From Deltaproteobacteria bacterium (GTDB taxonomy: Bacteria > JACQOV01), in the NCBI GenBank assembly GCA_016202395.1, contig JACQOV010000100.1, positions 1 to 39,188 of the forward strand: a stretch of DNA of 39,188 bases, in the 5' to 3' direction. Shown here piece after piece: positions 1 through 10,317 of this stretch. Numbering within the stretch: the first letter of the stretch is position 1; each line of letters opens with the position of its first letter. Under the pieces are notes generated by a model that saw only the letters and a list, made by a program, of their open reading frames with translations, searched no databases and was not told the origin of the DNA. The position numbers and the translations under genes are program-made.

Positions 1-136
1 GGTGATGCCTGGGGACAATGTGACGATGGAGGTAGAGTTAATCATGCCGATTGCGATGGATAAGGAGCTACGGTTTGCGATACGGGAGGGTGGAAGAACG
101 GTGGGAGCCGGCATTGTGAGTGAGATTAATAAATGA
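1..136 (+). CDS. tuf: Elongation factor Tu, 3' end (partial)
   Basis: Frame from base 2 reads [44 protein letters not shown], the canonical EF-Tu C-terminus; directly upstream of rpsJ. Confidence 0.97.
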   Translation, partial: VMPGDNVTMEVELIMPIAMDKELRFAIREGGRTVGAGIVSEINK

Positions 137-169
137 CCCCCGCCATGGCAGGGATCAGGATGACAAAGT

Positions 170-487
170 ATGACAACAGCAGAGCAAAAAATTCGAATTC
201 GACTTAAAGCGTTTGACCATCGGGTGCTAGATCTATCGGTCAAAGAGATCGTGGAGACAGTTCGCCGAACAGGGGCTAAGGTGTGTGGCCCTATTCCGCT
301 TCCCACACGGATTGAGCGTTTCACGGTGCTTCGATCTCCTCATGTGGACAAAAAATCGCGAGAGCAGTTTGAGATTCGCACTCATAAACGACTTTTAGAT
401 ATTGTGGAGCCCACGCAGCAAACTGTCGATGCGTTGATGAAGCTCGATTTGGCTGCAGGAGTCGATGTAGAGATTAAAACCGCTTAG
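170..487 (+). CDS. rpsJ: 30S ribosomal protein S10 (uS10)
   Basis: [38 protein letters not shown] motifs. Confidence 0.98.
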   Translation: MTTAEQKIRIRLKAFDHRVLDLSVKEIVETVRRTGAKVCGPIPLPTRIERFTVLRSPHVDKKSREQFEIRTHKRLLDIVEPTQQTVDALMKLDLAAGVDVEIKTA

Positions 488-497
488 TGGAAATTTT

Positions 498-1133
498 ATG
501 TTAGTAGGCAGAAAAATAGGGATGTCGCAGATGTTTGATGAGCGAGGGGAGCGGATCGTGGTTACCCTGATTGCGGCGCAGCCTTGCAAGGTGACGGAGG
601 TTCGGACTCCAGAACGAGAGGGTTATCGCGCCATTCAGGTTGGCTATGATGAAAAGGAGAAGGATCAGATTGCAAAACCTCAGCAGAAGCGTTGTGAGAA
701 GATCGGTGGCCCTTACTTTAAGCGATTTGTGGAATTTCGTGTTTTAACGTCGGATAAGGTTCTCCCGGAGGTTGGAGCTTCGTTGTCGGTGGAACAATTT
801 AAATCCGGTGATTCTGTGGATATGATTGGAACTAGCAAAGGAAAGGGATTTGCGGGAGTGATCAAACGGCATCACTTCGCGGGAGGGCCTGCCTCCCATG
901 GATCGATGTTTTATCGAGCTCCTGGGTCGATTGGCTCTAATACCTTTCCTGGGCGAGTTATTAAAGGGAAAAAGTTGCCCGGTCACATGGGGAGTAAACG
1001 TATCACGGTGAAACATCTTAAGGTTGTTCAGGTGGACCCGAAAGAGAACCTTTTGGTAGTGAGTGGCGCTGTCCCCGGAGGTCGGAACGGGTGGGTTGTG
1101 GTTCGACATGCGGATCAAGGGATTAAATGTTAG
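498..1133 (+). CDS. rplC: 50S ribosomal protein L3
   Basis: GRKIGMSQ, SKGKGFAGVIKRH, GHMG motifs; S10 operon order. Confidence 0.97.
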   Translation: MLVGRKIGMSQMFDERGERIVVTLIAAQPCKVTEVRTPEREGYRAIQVGYDEKEKDQIAKPQQKRCEKIGGPYFKRFVEFRVLTSDKVLPEVGASLSVEQFKSGDSVDMIGTSKGKGFAGVIKRHHFAGGPASHGSMFYRAPGSIGSNTFPGRVIKGKKLPGHMGSKRITVKHLKVVQVDPKENLLVVSGAVPGGRNGWVVVRHADQGIKC

Positions 1134-1137
1134 GAAC

Positions 1138-1761
1138 ATGGCGAAATTAGATCTTTGGAACATAGGGAAAGAGAAGGTAGGGACGGTGGAGATCTCGGAT
1201 GGGATTTTTTCCAGTTCTAAGAAAACGGGTGTGGTCTATGAGGCCGTGAAAAATCTCATGGCCAATCTTCGTCGGGGGACCGCTTCGACCAAGACTCGAG
1301 GTCTCGTTTCCGGTGGGGGGAAGAAGCCGTGGAAACAGAAAGGGACGGGTCGCGCACGGGCAGGATCCACTCGGGCCCCTCATTGGCGGCACGGCGGAGT
1401 CACTTTTGGTCCCCAGCCGCGGGATTATAGTTATTCTATTCCCAAACAGGCGAGGCGTTTGGCGTTGAAGGTGGTGTTAGCCAGCCGTTTGAAAGAGGAG
1501 GCCTTGTGGGTGGTGGATCGGTTGGAGATTCCCTCCGCAAAAACAAAGGAGGCCGCAGGGACGTTGGCAAGGTTAGGTTTAAAAAAGGCTTTAATCGTGT
1601 TGGGAGAGAAGTCGGAGTCGGTGGAACGTTCGATCCGCAATCTCAAAGGTTTTAAAGTAGTGCAGGCGGATCAGTTGAATGTTATCGATGTTCTTCGTTT
1701 CCCACAGATGTTGATTACCGAATCGGGTTTGCGAAAAATGGAGCAGAGGTTAGTGTCATGA
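1138..1761 (+). CDS. rplD: 50S ribosomal protein L4
   Basis: TKTRGLVSGGGKKPWKQKGTGRARAGS motif; start moved to ATG 1138 (after AGGA). Confidence 0.96.
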   Translation: MAKLDLWNIGKEKVGTVEISDGIFSSSKKTGVVYEAVKNLMANLRRGTASTKTRGLVSGGGKKPWKQKGTGRARAGSTRAPHWRHGGVTFGPQPRDYSYSIPKQARRLALKVVLASRLKEEALWVVDRLEIPSAKTKEAAGTLARLGLKKALIVLGEKSESVERSIRNLKGFKVVQADQLNVIDVLRFPQMLITESGLRKMEQRLVS

Positions 1762-2048
1762 TCGATCCTTATTCTATTATAATTCGCCCTCTGCTCACAG
1801 AGAAAGGGACTCGTCTTAAAGAGGAGAGAAATCAGATCCTGTTTGAGGTTCATCTGGATTCGACGAAACAGCAGATTAAAGAGGCGGTTGAAAACCTTTT
1901 TAAGGTAAAGGTTGAAAAAGTGCACACCCTTCGGTTTCGCGGGAAAAGTCGTCGAACCCGATATGGATGGACGAAAAAGCCGAATTGGAAAAAGGCAATT
2001 GCAACGTTAAAAGAAGGAAGTCGGATTGACTTAGTGGAAGGTTTGTAA
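1758..2048 (+). CDS. rplW: 50S ribosomal protein L23
   Basis: IIRPLLTEK, KQQIKEAVENLFKVKVEKV, WKKAIATL. Confidence 0.96.
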   Translation: MIDPYSIIIRPLLTEKGTRLKEERNQILFEVHLDSTKQQIKEAVENLFKVKVEKVHTLRFRGKSRRTRYGWTKKPNWKKAIATLKEGSRIDLVEGL

Positions 2049-2051
2049 TTC

Positions 2052-2873
2052 ATGGGAACTTTTACACCCGCGCCAATAACTCCAGGCCGTCGAGGCATGA
2101 CGATCTCCGATTTTGCGGAGATCACGAGATCGAAGCCTGAGAAGTCTTTGCTGGGCCCGATGAGAAAAACGGGGGGACGGAATTCCTACGGTCGGGTTAC
2201 GAGCCGATTCATGGGAGGAGGACACAAACGTCGCTACCGTGTCATTGATTTTAAGCGGGATCGGGCGCTTTCAGCCAAGGTTTTATCGGTGGAGTATGAT
2301 CCCAATCGGTCCGCTCGAATTGCGTTGGTGATTTACCCCGATGGAGAGAGACGTTACATCTTAGCCCCTGTGGGATTGAAGATAGGGGATGTTGTGGAAT
2401 CCGGCGAAAATGTGGAGATCCGGCCAGGAAATGTTCTCCCTTTAAAAGCGATCCCCGATGGGACAACGATCCACAATATTGAACTTTATCCTGGAAGAGG
2501 GGGACAGGTTGTCCGCAGCGCGGGAGGTTCCGCTCAGCTTTTGGCAAAAGAGGAAGGGCAGGCTCAGGTTCGGCTCCCTTCAGGAGAGATTCGGAAAATC
2601 CTTGCGGAGTGCAAGGCAACCGTGGGGCAGTTGGGGAATATCGATCATGAAAATATCGCTGTGGGCAAGGCCGGAAGATCCCGGTGGTTCGGTCGGATGC
2701 CCCACAATCGTGGCGTATCGATGAATCCAGTGGATCATCCCCATGGTGGCGGAGAAGGAAAATCGGGGCAAGGGAATCCTCATCCTGTGAGCCCGTGGGG
2801 TCTTCCAACAAAGGGTTATAAGACTCGAAAGAATAAACGGACTAACAAATTTATTGTGAAACGGAGAAAGTAA
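2052..2873 (+). CDS. rplB: 50S ribosomal protein L2
   Basis: [38 protein letters not shown]. Confidence 0.98.
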   Translation: MGTFTPAPITPGRRGMTISDFAEITRSKPEKSLLGPMRKTGGRNSYGRVTSRFMGGGHKRRYRVIDFKRDRALSAKVLSVEYDPNRSARIALVIYPDGERRYILAPVGLKIGDVVESGENVEIRPGNVLPLKAIPDGTTIHNIELYPGRGGQVVRSAGGSAQLLAKEEGQAQVRLPSGEIRKILAECKATVGQLGNIDHENIAVGKAGRSRWFGRMPHNRGVSMNPVDHPHGGGEGKSGQGNPHPVSPWGLPTKGYKTRKNKRTNKFIVKRRK

Positions 2874-2879
2874 AAGGAT

Positions 2880-3005
2880 CATGATGTTGATACAGGCCCA
2901 GCTACTTCGTTGTTCGCTTCGGTCGCTCCTCAGCGTACCCTCTAAGTACGCTTGCGTCGCGCCTCAGCGAACCGCCTCGTATCTGAGACCTTTATCAACA
3001 TCATG
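2880..3005. repeat. Long imperfect palindromic (MITE/RPE-like) element in the rplB-rpsS spacer
   Basis: 13-bp terminal inverted repeat CATGATGTTGATA (2880-2892) / TATCAACATCATG (2993-3005); apical hairpin AGCGTAC-cctctaa-GTACGCT. Confidence 0.85.
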
Positions 3006-3026
3006 GTTATTAAATAAGGAATTTTT

Positions 3027-3389
3027 ATGCCGCGATCTATAAAAAAAGGCGCTTTCGTAGACGCGAAGTTGATGAAAAAGGTTTCGGCGATGGAGCAGTC
3101 GAAGCAAAAGAGGCCGATCAAAACTTGGTCGCGACGCTCTACAATTCTTCCGGAGATGATCGGATTCACCTTTGCTGTTCACAACGGGAGGAAATTTGTC
3201 CCGGTTTTTGTCACCGAGAATATGGTGGGGCACCGATTAGGGGAGTTTGCGCCAACTCGGACCTTTATTGTTCACTCGGGTGAGCGTAAGGCAGAGGTTA
3301 CTACGAAGTCCGGTGGTGCTCCTCGAGCTCCAGGGGCTGCTCCAGGAGCCGCTCCAGCCGCTGCCGCGCCAGCGGGAGGTAAAAAATAA
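3027..3389 (+). CDS. rpsS: 30S ribosomal protein S19 with Ala/Pro/Gly-rich C-terminal tail
   Basis: [38 protein letters not shown]. Confidence 0.97.
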   Translation: MPRSIKKGAFVDAKLMKKVSAMEQSKQKRPIKTWSRRSTILPEMIGFTFAVHNGRKFVPVFVTENMVGHRLGEFAPTRTFIVHSGERKAEVTTKSGGAPRAPGAAPGAAPAAAAPAGGKK

Positions 3390-3724
3390 TGGCGGCAACG
3401 CGAGCCATTTTGCGGTTTGGTCGGATTGCTCCACGGAAGGTGAATAATACGGCGCAGCTGGTCCGGGGTAAAAAGGTTGAGGAGGCATTGGCTATCCTTC
3501 GTTGGACACACACCTCCGCTGCTCCGGTTCTGTCGAAGCTGATTCGTTCAGCGGTTGCTAACGCGGAGAATAAAGGGAATGTGGATATCGACAATCTCTA
3601 TGTTAAAGTTTTGGATATCGGGGGTGGACCTATTCTGTATCGCCATCGACCTTCGATGCGAGGGAGAGCGCTACCCATTAAGAAAAGAACGACCCACATC
3701 ACTGTGACCCTGGAGGAGATATAA
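3389..3724 (+). CDS. rplV: 50S ribosomal protein L22
   Basis: RIAPRKV, KLIRSAVANAE, KRTTHITV. Confidence 0.96.
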   Translation: MAATRAILRFGRIAPRKVNNTAQLVRGKKVEEALAILRWTHTSAAPVLSKLIRSAVANAENKGNVDIDNLYVKVLDIGGGPILYRHRPSMRGRALPIKKRTTHITVTLEEI

Positions 3725-4384
3725 ATGGGGCAGAAAGTCAATCCAATTGGGTTTCGGTTAGGGATCATTAAGAATTGGGACTCTCGCTGGTATGCGGAGA
3801 GGGATTACGCCAAGTGGCTTCATTCGGATATTAAAGTTCGAGGGTTTGTGAAGAAGAAGCTCTACCATGCGGGAATCTCCAAAGTGGTGATTGAAAGGGC
3901 TGCAAATAAGGTAAAACTGGATGTCTACACAGCCCGACCCGGTATCATTATCGGCAAGCGTGGGGCAGAGGTGGATGCCCTTAAGGCAGAGATCCAAAAG
4001 ATGTTGGGTAAAGAAGTTCTGGTCAATATTATTGAGGTTCGGAAGCCGGAGATCGATGCCCAGCTTGTTTCCGAGAACATGGCAACTCAGTTGGAGCGAA
4101 GGGTTGCGTTTCGTCGCTTGATGAAAAAGACAGTGGCGTCTGCGTTCAAGTTTGGGGCCAAGGGGATCAAGGTGACCTGTGGGGGGCGACTCGCAGGGGC
4201 GGAGATTGCTCGCACAGAATGGGTTCGAGAAGGGGGAGTTCCCCTTCACACGCTTCGGGCCGATATTGATTATGGAGTGGCCACCGCGCACACCACCTAT
4301 GGGACGATTGGAGTCAAGGTTTGGATTTATAAGGGAGAGATTCTAGAAAGCAAGGTCCGAGGGACTGAGAGGCCAAGGGTTTAA
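3725..4384 (+). CDS. rpsC: 30S ribosomal protein S3
   Basis: [34 protein letters not shown]. Confidence 0.98.
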   Translation: MGQKVNPIGFRLGIIKNWDSRWYAERDYAKWLHSDIKVRGFVKKKLYHAGISKVVIERAANKVKLDVYTARPGIIIGKRGAEVDALKAEIQKMLGKEVLVNIIEVRKPEIDAQLVSENMATQLERRVAFRRLMKKTVASAFKFGAKGIKVTCGGRLAGAEIARTEWVREGGVPLHTLRADIDYGVATAHTTYGTIGVKVWIYKGEILESKVRGTERPRV

Positions 4385-4386
4385 CG

Positions 4387-4803
4387 ATGTTGATGCCAGC
4401 GAAGGTAAAGTATCGTAAGCAGCAGAAAGGGCGTGTCAAAGGAAACGCGACGCGAGGGTGTTTCTTGGGTTTTGGCGACTATGGTTTGCAGATTTTAGGG
4501 CGAGGATGGCTGACCACGCGGCAGATTGAAGCAGGCCGCATCGCGGTCACTCGATATATTCAACGAGGCGGCAAACTTTGGATTCGGCTTTTTCCGGATA
4601 AGCCTATAACGAAGAAACCTCTGGAAACTCGAATGGGGAAGGGGAAAGGTCCTGTTACCGATTGGGTGGCTCGAGTGCAGCCCGGGGTCATCTTGTTTGA
4701 GATGGAGGGAGTTTCCGAAGGGACGGCTCAAGAGGCATTTCGTCTTGCTTCTCATAAGCTTCCTTTCCCAACGCGATTTGTGAGACGGGAGGCGCTGGGA
4801 TGA
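4387..4803 (+). CDS. rplP: 50S ribosomal protein L16
   Basis: [30 protein letters not shown]. Confidence 0.98.
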   Translation: MLMPAKVKYRKQQKGRVKGNATRGCFLGFGDYGLQILGRGWLTTRQIEAGRIAVTRYIQRGGKLWIRLFPDKPITKKPLETRMGKGKGPVTDWVARVQPGVILFEMEGVSEGTAQEAFRLASHKLPFPTRFVRREALG

Positions 4804-5009
4804 AAGCCCAAGATTTAAAGGATCTCTCTAAGGAAGAGCTTCAAAAGAAGGAGCGGGAGAGTCGAGAAGAGCTTTTTAAACTCCGAGTCCAGAAATCGAT
4901 TGGGCAGGCCAAGAATACAGCTCGATTTAAGATTTTGCGTCGAGAGGTGGCTCGGATACTTACGGTGCGTCGAGAGCAAGAACTAAAAGGTTCTGCGGTG
5001 GGAAAATAA
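4800..5009 (+). CDS. rpmC: 50S ribosomal protein L29
   Basis: ELFKLRVQ...RREVARILT; position between rplP and rpsQ. Confidence 0.93.
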   Translation: MKAQDLKDLSKEELQKKERESREELFKLRVQKSIGQAKNTARFKILRREVARILTVRREQELKGSAVGK

Positions 5010-5024
5010 AGGATTGGAGAGCCC

Positions 5025-5276
5025 ATGGGAAGCAAAAAATCGCTAGTTGGAACTGTTATGAGTCATAAAATGCAAAAGACGGCCGTTGTGTCGGTGGAAC
5101 GAACGGTGCAACATCCTTTGTATCAGAAATATCTTCGTATGCAGAAGAAGTATAAGGTTCATGATGCCAAGGAAGAGGCTCAAGCGGGGGATCGCGTGCG
5201 GATTACGGAGTGCCATCCGTTGAGTCGGGAAAAACGGTGGCGAATCACCGAAATCGTCAAACGAGCTGAAATATGA
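5025..5276 (+). CDS. rpsQ: 30S ribosomal protein S17
   Basis: [28 protein letters not shown]. Confidence 0.96.
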   Translation: MGSKKSLVGTVMSHKMQKTAVVSVERTVQHPLYQKYLRMQKKYKVHDAKEEAQAGDRVRITECHPLSREKRWRITEIVKRAEI

Positions 5277-5641
5277 TTCAGACGAAAACAGTATTAAATG
5301 CAGCAGACAACTCGGGAGCGAGAAAGGTCCAGTGCATTAAGGTGCTTGGAGGGACTCGTCGTCGCTATGCCACGGTGGGGGATGTGATTGTCGTTGCGAT
5401 TCGCGAGGCCATTCCCAATTCTAAGGTGAAGAAAGGGGAGGTGGCTCGAGCCGTGGTGGTGCGAACCAAAAGGGAGATCCCGCGGGCCGATGGTTCTTAT
5501 ATCCGTTTTGATGATAACTCTGCGGTTCTTATTAACACGCAGCTGGAGCCGGTAGGGACTCGCATCTTTGGTCCGGTGGCTCGCGAGCTTCGAGCTAAAA
5601 AGTTTATGAAAATTATTTCTTTAGCGCCTGAGGTTTGGTAA
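5273..5641 (+). CDS. rplN: 50S ribosomal protein L14
   Basis: [29 protein letters not shown]. Confidence 0.98.
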   Translation: MIQTKTVLNAADNSGARKVQCIKVLGGTRRRYATVGDVIVVAIREAIPNSKVKKGEVARAVVVRTKREIPRADGSYIRFDDNSAVLINTQLEPVGTRIFGPVARELRAKKFMKIISLAPEVW

Positions 5642-5643
5642 CG

Positions 5644-5970
5644 ATGTTGCAAGATTCTTTTCATGTTCGAAAAGGAGATACCGTCCAGGTGATGAAAGGA
5701 CGGGAGCGGGGAAAATCGGGAAAGGTCGTTAAGGTGATCACCAAGCATCACCGGGCGATTGTGGAGAAAGTGAACAGGGTCAAACGTCACAGCCGTCCTT
5801 CAGCCCAGATGCCCACGGGTGGGATTCTGGAAAAGGATGCCCCGATTCAACTTTCGAACCTGATGCTTCTGTGTCCCAAGTGTCGTCGCCCTGTTCGAAC
5901 GGGGAAAAAGATTTTGCAAGATGGAACGAAGGTTCGGTTTTGTAAAAAGTGCAAAGAGGTGTTGGATTAA
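5644..5970 (+). CDS. rplX: 50S ribosomal protein L24
   Basis: [21 protein letters not shown] (KOW), [21 protein letters not shown] at 5644 chosen. Confidence 0.95.
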   Translation: MLQDSFHVRKGDTVQVMKGRERGKSGKVVKVITKHHRAIVEKVNRVKRHSRPSAQMPTGGILEKDAPIQLSNLMLLCPKCRRPVRTGKKILQDGTKVRFCKKCKEVLD

Positions 5971-5972
5971 AT

Positions 5973-6515
5973 ATGGCTCGACTTGTAGAAAAATATCGTA
6001 AAGAGGTCATTCCTCAACTCATAAAAACCTTTGGGTATAAAAATGCTCTTCAGGCCCCTCGATTGGAGAAGATCGTGCTGAACATGGGGTTGGGACAAGC
6101 CATTGAGAACCCAAAGCTTCTAGAGGCGGCTACTTCCGAGCTGGCTCAGATTACAGGGCAGAAACCGGTTGTAACGCGCGCTCGAAAATCGATCTCAGCT
6201 TTTAAAGTTCGCGAGGGGGCTGCGATTGGGGCGATGGTGACATTGCGGAAGAAAAATATGTATGAGTTTTTGGATCGACTCATTAACATCGCTTTGCCGC
6301 GTGTCCGTGATTTTAAGGGGGTGGATCCCAAATCGATGGATGGGAAGGGGAATTACACGCTTGGTTTAAAAGAGCAGATCATTTTTCCTGAGATCCATTT
6401 TGATAATGTCATTAAACCGATGGGGATGAATATCACATTTGTCACCACGGCCAAGAACGATGATGAGGCAAGAGTTTTGTTGAAGGCATTAGGGATGCCA
6501 TTTCGAAGCGTTTAA
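5973..6515 (+). CDS. rplE: 50S ribosomal protein L5
   Basis: [36 protein letters not shown] 5973. Confidence 0.97.
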   Translation: MARLVEKYRKEVIPQLIKTFGYKNALQAPRLEKIVLNMGLGQAIENPKLLEAATSELAQITGQKPVVTRARKSISAFKVREGAAIGAMVTLRKKNMYEFLDRLINIALPRVRDFKGVDPKSMDGKGNYTLGLKEQIIFPEIHFDNVIKPMGMNITFVTTAKNDDEARVLLKALGMPFRSV

Positions 6516-6529
6516 TAAAGGAGGTTGAA

Positions 6530-6715
6530 TTGGCCAAGACCTGTTGGATGGTTAAAGCGCAGCGAGCGCCTAAGTTTCCGGTTCGGAAGCACAATCGGTG
6601 CTTAAAGTGTGGTCGATCTAGAGGCTACTATCGGAAATTTGCGCTTTGCCGACTCTGCTTCCGAGGGCTTGCTTCTCGTGGCGAGGTTCCAGGGGTTCGA
6701 AAGGCCAGTTGGTAA
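6530..6715 (+). CDS. rpsN: 30S ribosomal protein S14, short zinc-binding (type Z) form
   Basis: 61 aa, TTG start after [28 protein letters not shown]. Confidence 0.95.
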   Translation: MAKTCWMVKAQRAPKFPVRKHNRCLKCGRSRGYYRKFALCRLCFRGLASRGEVPGVRKASW

Positions 6716-6719
6716 TGAT

Positions 6720-7115
6720 ATGCTAACAGACCCGATTGCAGACATGTTGACTCAAATTCGTAACGCCATTCAGGCTCGCCATAATGGAGTCACGCTCCCT
6801 TATTCGCGGGTCAAGGAGGATATCCTTCGCGTCTTAAACGTTCAAGGCTATGTTCCTTCTTATCAGAAAGTGGAGGTGGGGACGAGGCAGTTTCTTCGTG
6901 TGGCGCTTCGAAAAGGCGGCAATTCTCCTTATCCCATTGAAGGGCTCCGTCGTGTTAGCAAGCCGGGTTGTCGAGTTTACGCCCCATATGCCGAAATCCC
7001 CAAGGCCTTAAGTGGCTTTGGTTTGGTTATTCTCTCAACCCCGCGTGGGATTCTAAGCGATAAAGAGGCCCGCGAGACGAAGGTGGGGGGGGAGATTCTT
7101 TGCGAGGTTTGGTAA
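6720..7115 (+). CDS. rpsH: 30S ribosomal protein S8
   Basis: MLTDPIADMLTQIRNA, RVSKPGCRVY, GGEILCEVW; ATG 6720. Confidence 0.96.
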   Translation: MLTDPIADMLTQIRNAIQARHNGVTLPYSRVKEDILRVLNVQGYVPSYQKVEVGTRQFLRVALRKGGNSPYPIEGLRRVSKPGCRVYAPYAEIPKALSGFGLVILSTPRGILSDKEARETKVGGEILCEVW

Positions 7116-7116
7116 T

Positions 7117-7668
7117 ATGTCAAGAATAGGGAAAAAACCGGTTATCCTTCCCAAAGAGGTTCAGTTTAATCTCAAAGGGGGGGAGATCTTCATTGAAGGG
7201 CCGAAGGGGAAACTCCATGTTTCACTTCCCAACGGTATTACGTTGGAGAAACAAGAGGGGCAGATCCTTTTTAAAAGAGATTCGGAGGAAGCGGGTGCTC
7301 GGTCTCTGCATGGTTTGGCCCGCAGTCTCGTCCAAAACATGGTGGACGGGGTCCTTAAAGGATATGAAAAGTCTTTAGATATTGTGGGAGTGGGGTATCG
7401 AGCGGAAATTCAAGCAAAAGAGATTGTATTGAGCTTGGGGTTTTCTCAGCAGATTCGTTATCGGATTCCAGAAGGGATTCATATGAAGGTGGATAAGCAA
7501 ACTCACATTGTGATTCAGGGAGCCGATAAACATCAGGTGGGACAGGTGGCGGCAGAGATACGGTCGCTTCGCCCGCCGGAACCGTATAAAGGGAAGGGCA
7601 TCCAATACACTGGAGAGCGGTTAAAGAGGAAGGTGGGAAAGGCAGCAGGAACCAAGTCCGCTGCTTAG
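7117..7668 (+). CDS. rplF: 50S ribosomal protein L6
   Basis: MSRIGKKP, GVGYRA, RPPEPYKGKGI. Confidence 0.97.
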   Translation: MSRIGKKPVILPKEVQFNLKGGEIFIEGPKGKLHVSLPNGITLEKQEGQILFKRDSEEAGARSLHGLARSLVQNMVDGVLKGYEKSLDIVGVGYRAEIQAKEIVLSLGFSQQIRYRIPEGIHMKVDKQTHIVIQGADKHQVGQVAAEIRSLRPPEPYKGKGIQYTGERLKRKVGKAAGTKSAA

Positions 7669-7686
7669 TTAGAAGGAGTTTAGACG

Positions 7687-8049
7687 ATGATTCGGTCGCG
7701 TAAAAAAGAGATGAGAGAAATTCGGCATCGCCGAGTGCGGTTGGGGCTGAAGGGGAATCCATCGCGTCCTCGTCTGTCCGTTTATCGAAGTGGGAAGCAC
7801 ATCCACGCCCAGCTTATCGACGATATCGCCGGGCGCACATTGGTTGCGGTCTCTTCCTTGAGTCCAGAGCTTAAGAGTGACGTTAAAAGCAAGAAAACGG
7901 AGCGGGCGACGAAAGTGGGGGAGCTCCTAGCGCGGAAGGCCTTGGAGCAAAAGATTGAAAAAGTGGTTTTAGATCGAGGGCCTTTTAAGTATCATGGTCG
8001 AGTTAAAGCCTTGGCGGAGGCGGCTCGATCTGGGGGATTACAGTTTTAG
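7687..8049 (+). CDS. rplR: 50S ribosomal protein L18
   Basis: [28 protein letters not shown]. Confidence 0.97.
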   Translation: MIRSRKKEMREIRHRRVRLGLKGNPSRPRLSVYRSGKHIHAQLIDDIAGRTLVAVSSLSPELKSDVKSKKTERATKVGELLARKALEQKIEKVVLDRGPFKYHGRVKALAEAARSGGLQF

Positions 8050-8065
8050 TGAAAGGAAGTGTAGG

Positions 8066-8548
8066 GTGGTAGAAAGAATCGATCCATCAGAATTAGAGCT
8101 TAAAGAGAAGGTGGTCCATGTGGGACGCGTGGCCAAAGTGGTCAAAGGGGGGAAACGCTTTAGTTTCGCTGCCATTGTCACTGTGGGGGATGGGCAGGGG
8201 CATGTCGGCTATGGTTTGGGGAAGGCTAAAGGGGTTCCAGAGGCGATCCGAAAAGCGGTCGAGAGGGCCAAGAAAAGCCTGGTTCGAGTTCCCGTGGTCA
8301 ACAGCACCATTCCTCATGAGGTCATCGGCCATTTCGGAGCGGGAAGGGTTTTTTTGCGCCCCGCATCGGAGGGGACGGGGGTGATTGCGGGAGGGGCTGT
8401 TCGGGCCGTCATTGAGTCGGCCGGGATTCGAAATATCCTGACAAAATCGTTGGGGACAACGAATCCTCATAACGTGATTAAAGCAACACTGAATGCTCTT
8501 TGCAGTCTTCGAGTTCCCGTTAAGGAGGAAGCCTATGAACCTTCATGA
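8066..8548 (+). CDS. rpsE: 30S ribosomal protein S5
   Basis: [39 protein letters not shown] start 8066. Confidence 0.96.
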   Translation: MVERIDPSELELKEKVVHVGRVAKVVKGGKRFSFAAIVTVGDGQGHVGYGLGKAKGVPEAIRKAVERAKKSLVRVPVVNSTIPHEVIGHFGAGRVFLRPASEGTGVIAGGAVRAVIESAGIRNILTKSLGTTNPHNVIKATLNALCSLRVPVKEEAYEPS

Positions 8549-9008
8549 CATGACTCCTCCCAAAGGGGCTGTGAGCAAACCGTTGCGCGTGGGGCGAGGG
8601 CGCGGGTCCGGTCGTGGAAAGACGGCGGGCAGAGGCGTCAAAGGGCAGAGATCGCGGACCGGTCGGATGGCCACCGCCGGTTTCGAAGGGGGACAAATGC
8701 CTTTGCAACGGCGTGTTCCCAAACGCGGGTTTGTGAACCCTTTTCGTGAAGTCTCAACGATAGTGAATGTAGGAGATTTGGAGAAGAGGTTTGATGCGGG
8801 GGCTGTTGTGGATATGAAAACTTTGTGTGAGAAGAGGCTTGTAAAGAGATCCGCCGCGCGCATTAAAATCCTTGCGGGTGGAGCGCTTTCCAAGAAATTG
8901 GTTATAAAGGCTCATGCCTTTAGCGTTGCGGCGAAAAACAAGGTCGAAGCGGTTGGTGGGACCCTTGAGGCTATTTCCGCTGGAGTTATCCCTGGAGCTA
9001 TTCAATGA
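8535..9008 (+). CDS. rplO: 50S ribosomal protein L15
   Basis: [38 protein letters not shown] 8535 after AAGGAGG, overlapping the rpsE 3' end. Confidence 0.96.
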   Translation: MNLHDMTPPKGAVSKPLRVGRGRGSGRGKTAGRGVKGQRSRTGRMATAGFEGGQMPLQRRVPKRGFVNPFREVSTIVNVGDLEKRFDAGAVVDMKTLCEKRLVKRSAARIKILAGGALSKKLVIKAHAFSVAAKNKVEAVGGTLEAISAGVIPGAIQ

Positions 9009-10315
9009 TCGGTGGAATCGAAAATATTCCTAGAATTCCGGAGCTGCGACGCCGAATTGGAATTACCCTTTTGCTTTTGGCGGTTTACCGTGTGGGGGTT
9101 TTTATTCCGACCCCGGGCGTGAATAGCGGAGCGTTGGCCGATTTCTTTTCCCAGGCTCAAAACACCCTGTTTGGGATCATCAATCTCTTTTCAGGTGGAG
9201 CTTTTGAACAGTTTTCGATCTTCGCGTTGGGGATCATGCCCTACATTAGCGCTTCGATTATCTTGCAGCTTTTAACGGTGGTGGTTCCTCGACTCGAAGA
9301 ACTTTCTAAGGAGGGGGAGCTTGGGCGAAAAAAGATTATTCAATATACCCGTTATGGAACTGTTGTTTTGAGCATTATCCAGTCTCTTGGGATCAGTATC
9401 GGTTTAGAGAGCTTGAAGAGTCCCACGGACGTCGCGATCGTTCAGAGCGCCGGTTGGTCTTTTCGTTTGATGACGGTTTTAACATTAACCTCAGGGACGG
9501 CTTTTATTATGTGGTTGGGAGAACAGATCACGGAGAAAGGGATTGGGAATGGAATCTCGCTGATCATCTATGCGGGGATCGTCACCCGACTCCCTTCAGC
9601 GGCAACTAATAGCTTTGAGCTGATCCGAACCGGTGAGATGAATTTGTTGACCGTTCTATTTATTTTAGCGTTGGCCGTTGGGGTGGTCGGTATCATTATC
9701 TTTATGGAACGAGGACAACGGCGCATTCCGGTTCAGTATTCCCAGCGTGTCATTGGTCGACGGGTCTACGGAGGACAGAGCAGTTTTCTTCCATTGAAGC
9801 TCAATACGTCGGGAGTCATTCCTCCTATCTTTGCCTCTTCCTTATTGATGTTTCCGTTAACCATTGCCAATTTTATTCAGGCTCCTTGGATTGTTTGGTT
9901 TCGAGATCATTTAGACCCAAGAAGCACAGTTTATAACCTCGTTTATGGAGGATTGATCCTTTTCTTTTGCTATTTTTATACGGCCATTGTTTTTAATCCG
10001 GTCGATGTTTCGGAAAACCTCCGGAAATATGGGGGTTATGTTCCGGGGATTCGGCCTGGTAAAAGCACGGCGGATTATCTGGATCGCATCCTGACACGAA
10101 TCACCCTTTCGGGGGCGATCTACGTGGCGTTGGTTTGTGTCCTCCCTTCGATGCTCGTGATGTCGCTCAATGTCCCGTTCCTTTTCGGTGGGACGGCTCT
10201 GCTCATTGTGGTGGGTGTGGCTTTAGACACTGTGGGTCAGATTGAGAGCCATTTGCTCACGCGTCAATATGAGGGGTTTGTAAAAGGGGGGAGGATTCGA
10301 GGCCGTCGAGGCTAA
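9005..10315 (+). CDS. secY: Preprotein translocase subunit SecY
   Basis: SIFALGIMPYISASII, WLGEQITEKGIGNGISL, GGYVPGIRPG. Confidence 0.98.
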   Translation: MIGGIENIPRIPELRRRIGITLLLLAVYRVGVFIPTPGVNSGALADFFSQAQNTLFGIINLFSGGAFEQFSIFALGIMPYISASIILQLLTVVVPRLEELSKEGELGRKKIIQYTRYGTVVLSIIQSLGISIGLESLKSPTDVAIVQSAGWSFRLMTVLTLTSGTAFIMWLGEQITEKGIGNGISLIIYAGIVTRLPSAATNSFELIRTGEMNLLTVLFILALAVGVVGIIIFMERGQRRIPVQYSQRVIGRRVYGGQSSFLPLKLNTSGVIPPIFASSLLMFPLTIANFIQAPWIVWFRDHLDPRSTVYNLVYGGLILFFCYFYTAIVFNPVDVSENLRKYGGYVPGIRPGKSTADYLDRILTRITLSGAIYVALVCVLPSMLVMSLNVPFLFGGTALLIVVGVALDTVGQIESHLLTRQYEGFVKGGRIRGRRG

Positions 10316-10317
10316 AA

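Noticed and set aside
134-157. Small GC-rich palindrome between tuf and rpsJ
   Set aside because: Imperfect stem, very tight loop and no U tract; cannot be called a terminator or leader
2942-3233. Minus-strand ORFs over the hairpin and rpsS
   Set aside because: Shadow ORFs antisense to a conserved ribosomal gene, like most other overlapping ORFs in the track
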